Virus record (IMG/VR): IMGVR_UViG_3300031772_000002
Coordinates: 64,001 to 128,000 of that record
From: a virus
Strand: one strand, 5' to 3'
DNA length: 64,000 nucleotides
In this document: positions 58,766 through 64,000 of the stretch, one piece after another
Numbering within the stretch: position 1 is the stretch's first letter
Layout: each line of letters begins with the position of its first letter
Program-made: the position numbers and the translations under genes
Notes under the pieces: generated by a model
What the model was told of the DNA's origin: nothing
What the model saw: the letters and a program-made list of their open reading frames with translations, nothing else
Databases searched by the model: none

Positions 58766-59620
58766 ATGTCAGCTGGAATGAACTCTTTTCATATAGTTGA
58801 TGGTGTACTAACACTTCTTGATGAATATACAGAAGCCACTTCTCAATGGGGAACTTCTATTTGCGGGAATTCTAATTATGTATTTTTATCAGAATACGGT
58901 TATCCAGCTTATGACCCTGCTTATTATACTCAAGGATTGATTACTTATGGAGAATATAATATTTCATGCCTATGTTTTAATGAAGTTACTATGGAAAAAT
59001 CATTTCTTCCTAAACTAACTTCACCATTAGTAAATAATGGAGATAATAGTTTTGTTGAAAATATTGATTTGGATATAGTTGGTAATCCACGTATATTTAT
59101 GGGAGAAACTGTAGATATAGGTCCTTATGAAGTTCCATTACATATTTTTACATTAACTTCAGATAAATTACAATCAGTACATCAAAATATTTTAACTTTA
59201 GATGAAACTAATGAATTATTTATTTCACAAAATCCTATTATTATTTATAAAGATTTATGGAATCAATTCGACAATTTAACAGATAGAAAAGAATTTATTC
59301 GTGGAGCTAAAATAATATTAAAATTCAAAATTATAGATCCTCCTATAAAATTATTTAATGATAAAGAAGATATTTATTTAACTGAATTTGAAGCATATTT
59401 AGATGCAAAGAATTTATCTATTATATTTACTAAAACACAACAAAATTTAGGTTATTTTCTTAGTACAATATTTGATGACGGTCGTTATATTTTTAAGTTT
59501 GATGAATCAATACATAAATTGTATGTTTATATAAATTATACATATAACAAAGGTAAGTCAGGAAAAAACAATATTGTAAATGAAGTAAGAATTGGTGGAT
59601 CTTCAATTATTAATTGGTGA
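58766..59620 (+). CDS. beta-propeller fragment 3 + choice-of-anchor-Q-like tail + C-terminal domain
   Basis: DGVLTLLD blade; SPLVNNGDN...DIVGNPRI...VDIGPYE. Confidence 0.7.
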   Translation: MSAGMNSFHIVDGVLTLLDEYTEATSQWGTSICGNSNYVFLSEYGYPAYDPAYYTQGLITYGEYNISCLCFNEVTMEKSFLPKLTSPLVNNGDNSFVENIDLDIVGNPRIFMGETVDIGPYEVPLHIFTLTSDKLQSVHQNILTLDETNELFISQNPIIIYKDLWNQFDNLTDRKEFIRGAKIILKFKIIDPPIKLFNDKEDIYLTEFEAYLDAKNLSIIFTKTQQNLGYFLSTIFDDGRYIFKFDESIHKLYVYINYTYNKGKSGKNNIVNEVRIGGSSIINW

Positions 59621-59624
59621 AAAA

Positions 59625-62600
59625 ATGAAAAGATTTATTAATCCAAAGCGTCAAACTATACATAATAAAGCAATTACTGACTTTACTAAAAATACTCATG
59701 TAATTACTTCTGGATTTGTCAAAGGATACTCATCAAATAAATTTTCATGGATTGCCGATTATTTGTTCAAACATAAAGGCAATGTTTCTATAAAACCTCA
59801 TACCTGTTATACGGGATTTTTTAGTGAACGTGATATCTTACAAAACGAATATGGAAATGTATTTGATTTATATAATCGATATCCTTTTTTAAGTGATTAT
59901 AATTATTCCATTTTTCCTAAAAATTATTTTGAATTATCTACAAAACAATATTTTAAAATAGGTCAAAAACTATCAGAATATGATACTATTGAATTTATAA
60001 ATTTTTCAAATATAGATGATCCAATTCCTGATGATTTAATTGTTGACTATTTACCAACTTATAACATATCGCATAACTATTACAGAGTTCCGGCTTTTTA
60101 TGCTCAAGGATATAAATTAGATCTCGATCAAGCTATTGAAGGAAATGATTTTAAAGATTGGACTTACTATTATCGTTATGTATTTACAAATAAATCTTTT
60201 ATAACTAATTACACCGTAAACGTTAATAATTTCATTATTACATTACTTGAATCTGAAGAAGATATTTATAAAATTTATAATGGTATGATTAATGAAACAA
60301 TGCAAGCAATATTTGAAGATCAAGATCCTGAAAGAATATTTAACTATAATGGATCACTTGATTCTGAATTTTTTTATTTTAACGAATCTTTAATGCATTG
60401 GTCAATTAACAATAATAATATAATGGCTGGAACGGAAAAATATTATCCATATTTTGGATTTGTACAAAAGTTTAATGAAAATATGGAATATATAATTGAT
60501 CCTTATGAATCACCATCTTTAGATTTATTCTTTCCAGAAGTTTGTAAAAATGGAGCCATTGAACCTTCTAAAATTATAATAAATTGGAATAACGAACAAA
60601 AAGGATCTCTGGCATATAATCCATGCATACATATGGGATTATTTAATGATCAATCTCGTATGGTATATAATGTATGTAAACATATGTTAAGAAGGATTGG
60701 CCCAGAAGATCCTGTAACATTAAAATCATTATTTGAACTTAAAAAGAATGGAGAATATACAACCGATATAATACTTTATGGCATTGACACTGAAACTGAA
60801 AGAAATAGAAGAAATTCTGCAGTTGTTACTACCGAACCTTATATGATAGCAAAGCCAATAGCAGATGGGCAATTTGTAAATATATCATTTATAAATTATA
60901 ACGGAACTCCTATTTGTAGAACTGAGGATATGGAATTTTTAAGAGATCCAGCTATTTACTTAAAAATAAAAGCATCTTCATCATTTTTTAAAGATTTAAA
61001 TTATTATTTATCTCTCAATGATTATAATACAGATATTATAAATACTATTTTTATAAAAAATCCACGAGCACATAGTTCAAATTTTAACTCTGCAGATGAA
61101 CATCATTCTTATGAAGACTTCGGATCTGATCCTTATTCACTCCTTATGCGTCAAGAATATTGTCTTGATGATTTTGTTTATGGATATATAGGAACAGAAT
61201 CTGAAGATAATGATAAAGGAATACATATTGAATTTTGGATTGATCCCGTTGGAAATCAAATATATAATTATAGCAATTCTAAAATAAAAGTAAATGGAGC
61301 AGGATTCTATTGCAATACAATTATTGATGGTGATAAAAAAATATTGCCTGAACATAACGAATATCTTGTTTTGTATTGTTCCAATTATTCTCCAACAAGT
61401 TCTCCTCATAAAAATGATAATACTCAAACTCCTATTCCAAATACATTAATTAAATTATTTACAGATTCTGAAACATCAATAATTTCAAAAATTTCTGAAA
61501 ATGAAAAATTTAAACCAATGATTAAACTTCCTGGAATCAACGGTTATATTAAAATATTAGAACAAAATAATCATTTTAAAATATCAAGAGCGTCGGACGG
61601 GGACTATGAAATAATTTATAATGTAGAATTTCCATTTTGTCCAGGATCGTATATTGAACGCCTTACTATGCGTTTCAATGATGATCATCCATATATACCA
61701 TTACAAGTATTATATAAAGCAAATTATATTAATGCAGGATCATGCAAATCAACGGTAGAAGAGGGAAGCACATACGATTCAACAAATGAACGATATGCTC
61801 CAATTGCTGATGATTGTTTTGTTCCTCATCAAATTTTTAGAAACCATCAATTTTCAATATACGGAAAAGATATTGATTTGGATAGTAATATAATAAGCAA
61901 TTCTTATTTCCCAGATTTAAGCGATATTGAAACATTCATACATCATGACGAAGATGCTTCTTATGTATTTCCATATGGAAAGCCCGAACCATCATATACA
62001 AATGATTCTATTGTATATATCAACGAAAAGGTATTATATCCCGAACATGCTATATTAAAATCTATTGATGAAGAATTAATGACAATAGTAAAACCTGATT
62101 ATGAAAATTATAAACATCATGGAATGTATACATTAATTCTTTCTGAGAATGGAAATAATGAAAAATTTACTCTTCCATTCTTTTCAAGTGATATAAAAAT
62201 ATTATTACAAGTAAGTAATGCTGTATGGAAATTTAATAATAATTATATTTCTTATATTGGAAATGAATATCCAGCTAATATTTTTAAAATTAATGTTTCA
62301 ACTATTTTTAAAGATTTCACTACATACCAAAAGGACCATGGAGCAATCCCTGATGCCAAAAGGTGGCTATATTCCTATTTCAAAGGATTTGCTTACATGG
62401 CCTCTATTGTTGATAACCCTCAATCAAATCAAAATTATACCAATATTAATAATGAAAATTTATTAGCAACATATGATTCAAATTCAAATATAGTTATTGA
62501 AATATGGGATTCAAAATCAAATATAGGCAATGATAAAAAAGGAAATTGGAGACCATTATCTATTGTTATTACCGATAATAAGAAAAAATTTGGAGAATTA

Positions 62601-63323
62601 ATTATTGACAATTTAATAATACTAAATAATATTACTCCTGCATTAGTTGAAGGGGCTTTAGATGTATGGAAGGTTTATGCAACATATTGTAACAATCCTA
62701 TATGGTTTATACCATCGGATATTAATAACTATATAAATGGAAAAAATAATTTAGTACTATATAATCCAATTTCTAATGTAAATGAAACTAATTTTCATAT
62801 AGCTTATGTTGAAAGTAGCATTGTTTCAGATGTTAATACAATTACTTTATATGTACGATACGATGGAGATTTAATAACAGATTGGGCTGATGTAATTTAT
62901 TCAATAGAAAATATTCCAAGCTATGGAAGTCTTTCTATTTATAAACCATTAACAAATATTAGTAAAAATCCTGACTTTATTATAAAATCAAATAAAATGT
63001 TTAATGCTGAAAATGTTATTCGATATCTTGATATGAGATCATTAATAGGATTAAATGGATTTTCAGATTTTGATAGATATGTTCAGGATGATTTTATATT
63101 TTTTAGAACTAGAATCCGTAGAACTAACGATTACCCAGCAAGTTATATTGATGAAGATTATAGTGAAATACAATATATTGGTAATCCCAATCCTCCAAAT
63201 ACAAGATATAGTCCATGGTATAAAGATGGTGATTTCGATAATGTTTTTACATGGAGTAAATTAAAATTTAGTGAATATATTAATAAATTTGGAATGTCTT
63301 ATTTTAAATGTGCATCAAAATAG
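59625..63323 (+). CDS. large hypothetical structural protein
   Basis: About 1230-aa ORF; ATG at 59625 with GGTGA RBS preferred over TTG at 59592. Confidence 0.7.
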   Translation: MKRFINPKRQTIHNKAITDFTKNTHVITSGFVKGYSSNKFSWIADYLFKHKGNVSIKPHTCYTGFFSERDILQNEYGNVFDLYNRYPFLSDYNYSIFPKNYFELSTKQYFKIGQKLSEYDTIEFINFSNIDDPIPDDLIVDYLPTYNISHNYYRVPAFYAQGYKLDLDQAIEGNDFKDWTYYYRYVFTNKSFITNYTVNVNNFIITLLESEEDIYKIYNGMINETMQAIFEDQDPERIFNYNGSLDSEFFYFNESLMHWSINNNNIMAGTEKYYPYFGFVQKFNENMEYIIDPYESPSLDLFFPEVCKNGAIEPSKIIINWNNEQKGSLAYNPCIHMGLFNDQSRMVYNVCKHMLRRIGPEDPVTLKSLFELKKNGEYTTDIILYGIDTETERNRRNSAVVTTEPYMIAKPIADGQFVNISFINYNGTPICRTEDMEFLRDPAIYLKIKASSSFFKDLNYYLSLNDYNTDIINTIFIKNPRAHSSNFNSADEHHSYEDFGSDPYSLLMRQEYCLDDFVYGYIGTESEDNDKGIHIEFWIDPVGNQIYNYSNSKIKVNGAGFYCNTIIDGDKKILPEHNEYLVLYCSNYSPTSSPHKNDNTQTPIPNTLIKLFTDSETSIISKISENEKFKPMIKLPGINGYIKILEQNNHFKISRASDGDYEIIYNVEFPFCPGSYIERLTMRFNDDHPYIPLQVLYKANYINAGSCKSTVEEGSTYDSTNERYAPIADDCFVPHQIFRNHQFSIYGKDIDLDSNIISNSYFPDLSDIETFIHHDEDASYVFPYGKPEPSYTNDSIVYINEKVLYPEHAILKSIDEELMTIVKPDYENYKHHGMYTLILSENGNNEKFTLPFFSSDIKILLQVSNAVWKFNNNYISYIGNEYPANIFKINVSTIFKDFTTYQKDHGAIPDAKRWLYSYFKGFAYMASIVDNPQSNQNYTNINNENLLATYDSNSNIVIEIWDSKSNIGNDKKGNWRPLSIVITDNKKKFGELIIDNLIILNNITPALVEGALDVWKVYATYCNNPIWFIPSDINNYINGKNNLVLYNPISNVNETNFHIAYVESSIVSDVNTITLYVRYDGDLITDWADVIYSIENIPSYGSLSIYKPLTNISKNPDFIIKSNKMFNAENVIRYLDMRSLIGLNGFSDFDRYVQDDFIFFRTRIRRTNDYPASYIDEDYSEIQYIGNPNPPNTRYSPWYKDGDFDNVFTWSKLKFSEYINKFGMSYFKCASK

Positions 63324-63325
63324 AA

Positions 63326-63354
63326 TTGTTAAAATGAAATAAATATTGTATATT
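63326..63354 (+). promoter_or_regulatory. sigma70-like promoter upstream of omegaRNA
   Basis: TTGTTA-17nt-TATATT. Confidence 0.45.
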
Positions 63355-63360
63355 TGTTAA

Positions 63361-63580
63361 TGGAGCCTATATCAGATAGTTGACAAGCTATAAGAATTTA
63401 TAAAATCTTTATAAGTTCAAGGCTTCGAGGATCAGTTGGCGAGTAAGCCCGTCTGCTTCGGGTGAAGTCCAACTACGTTAGCCAACACAAAGAACGTCAG
63501 GATGTGTTCAGTCCTGAATAATTCGTTGGCGACATTTCCGAGGACACCAATGACAGGGAAACCTGTTTAAACCTTAAATG
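63361..63580 (+). ncRNA. omegaRNA (HEARO-like) of IscB
   Basis: GC-enriched structured leader: AGTTGG/CCAACT followed by ACGTT, GCCAAC/GTTGGC, TCAGGAT/GTCCTGA, GACATT..CGAGG, ACAGG-GAAA-CCTGT; directly 5' of iscB. Confidence 0.75.
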
Positions 63581-63588
63581 GGAGTTTT

Positions 63589-64000
63589 ATGAAAGTATTT
63601 GTAATCGATCACGAAGGAAGTCCATGCCTTCCAACCAAGCCTCGAAGAGCAAGGCAGTTACTTGATCAGGGAAAGGCGAGAGTTAAGCAGGTAGTACCAT
63701 TTGTTATTCAACTCACTCGAAAGATTGATAATCCTATTGGATCTTTTGAAATGGGTGTAGACGATGGATCTAAACATGTGGGAATTGCCATCAAGAATAC
63801 AAAAACTGATGAAATTGTTTTCAGAGCACAACTTGACCATAGGCAAGATGTAAGTAGAAAAATTGAACAAAAGAAGAATTATCGCAAGGCTCGAAGATTC
63901 AGACTGAGGTGCAGAAAACCAAGATTTGATAATCGGACGGCAAAAGACAAGTTGGCACCAAGTATAAGGCAGAAGAAAGAAACTGTTATTCGAGTTATTA
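63589..64000 (+). CDS. iscB: IscB RNA-guided endonuclease (IS200/IS605 OMEGA), partial
   Basis: MKVFVIDHEGSPCLPTKPRRARQLLDQGKA...PFVIQL (PLMP domain), GVDDGSKHVGIAI (RuvC-I), NYRKARRFRLRCRKPRFDNR (bridge helix), LAPSI; GGAG RBS; missing from ORF track because truncated. Confidence 0.92.
   Translation, partial: MKVFVIDHEGSPCLPTKPRRARQLLDQGKARVKQVVPFVIQLTRKIDNPIGSFEMGVDDGSKHVGIAIKNTKTDEIVFRAQLDHRQDVSRKIEQKKNYRKARRFRLRCRKPRFDNRTAKDKLAPSIRQKKETVIRVI

Noticed and set aside
58279-58770. T4 gene-60-style ribosome hopping at the propeller junctions
   Set aside because: No matching landing codon or take-off hairpin in the 12-16-nt spacers; each downstream piece has its own ATG
7251-63323. Stop-codon reassignment as the cause of the split genes
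   Set aside because: Long ORFs are intact in code 11. Most breaks are TAA, several change frame, the TAG at 57833 is followed immediately by TAA, and readthrough of the TAG at 8040 adds only about 15 codons.
63658-63870. Minus-strand 70-aa ORF
   Set aside because: Shadow of iscB on the plus strand
1-64000. tRNA, rRNA, integrase, capsid or terminase genes
   Set aside because: No recognisable motifs seen by eye; lifestyle and head module cannot be judged from this window

Overview
AT-rich segment of a large tailed (myovirus-like, probably jumbo) phage genome, read in the standard genetic code. 1-10.4 kb: accessory region of mostly small minus-strand genes. It includes a type IV minor-pilin-like gene pair, a DUF5662-like protein and an XRE regulator, five copies of a shared GTTATT-N13-TGGTATAAC-like promoter motif, and several structured non-coding intervals. 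A plus-strand tail-chaperone-like gene at 7.2-8.3 kb carries a -1 frameshift site. 10.5-63.3 kb: plus-strand tail morphogenesis cluster with tape measure, hub, gp25-like, baseplate J, a 65-aa-repeat fibre, and RCC1/LamG/beta-helix/propeller adhesins. Two inserts interrupt it. (i) 17.5-23.4 kb: an island with a sigma factor, a LigD-phosphoesterase/ATP-ligase fusion and unrelated proteins sharing an 'IY..SF..ELEKIA' leader, partly repeated at DNA level; this is a candidate capsid-targeting cargo cassette system. (ii) A methyltransferase plus a GT8-GT9 fusion. The distal adhesin region looks like one ancestral multidomain protein cut into separate ORFs in mid-domain. The window ends in an omegaRNA-IscB (OMEGA) locus truncated by the edge. 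All product calls come from motif recognition by eye; no database searches were run.
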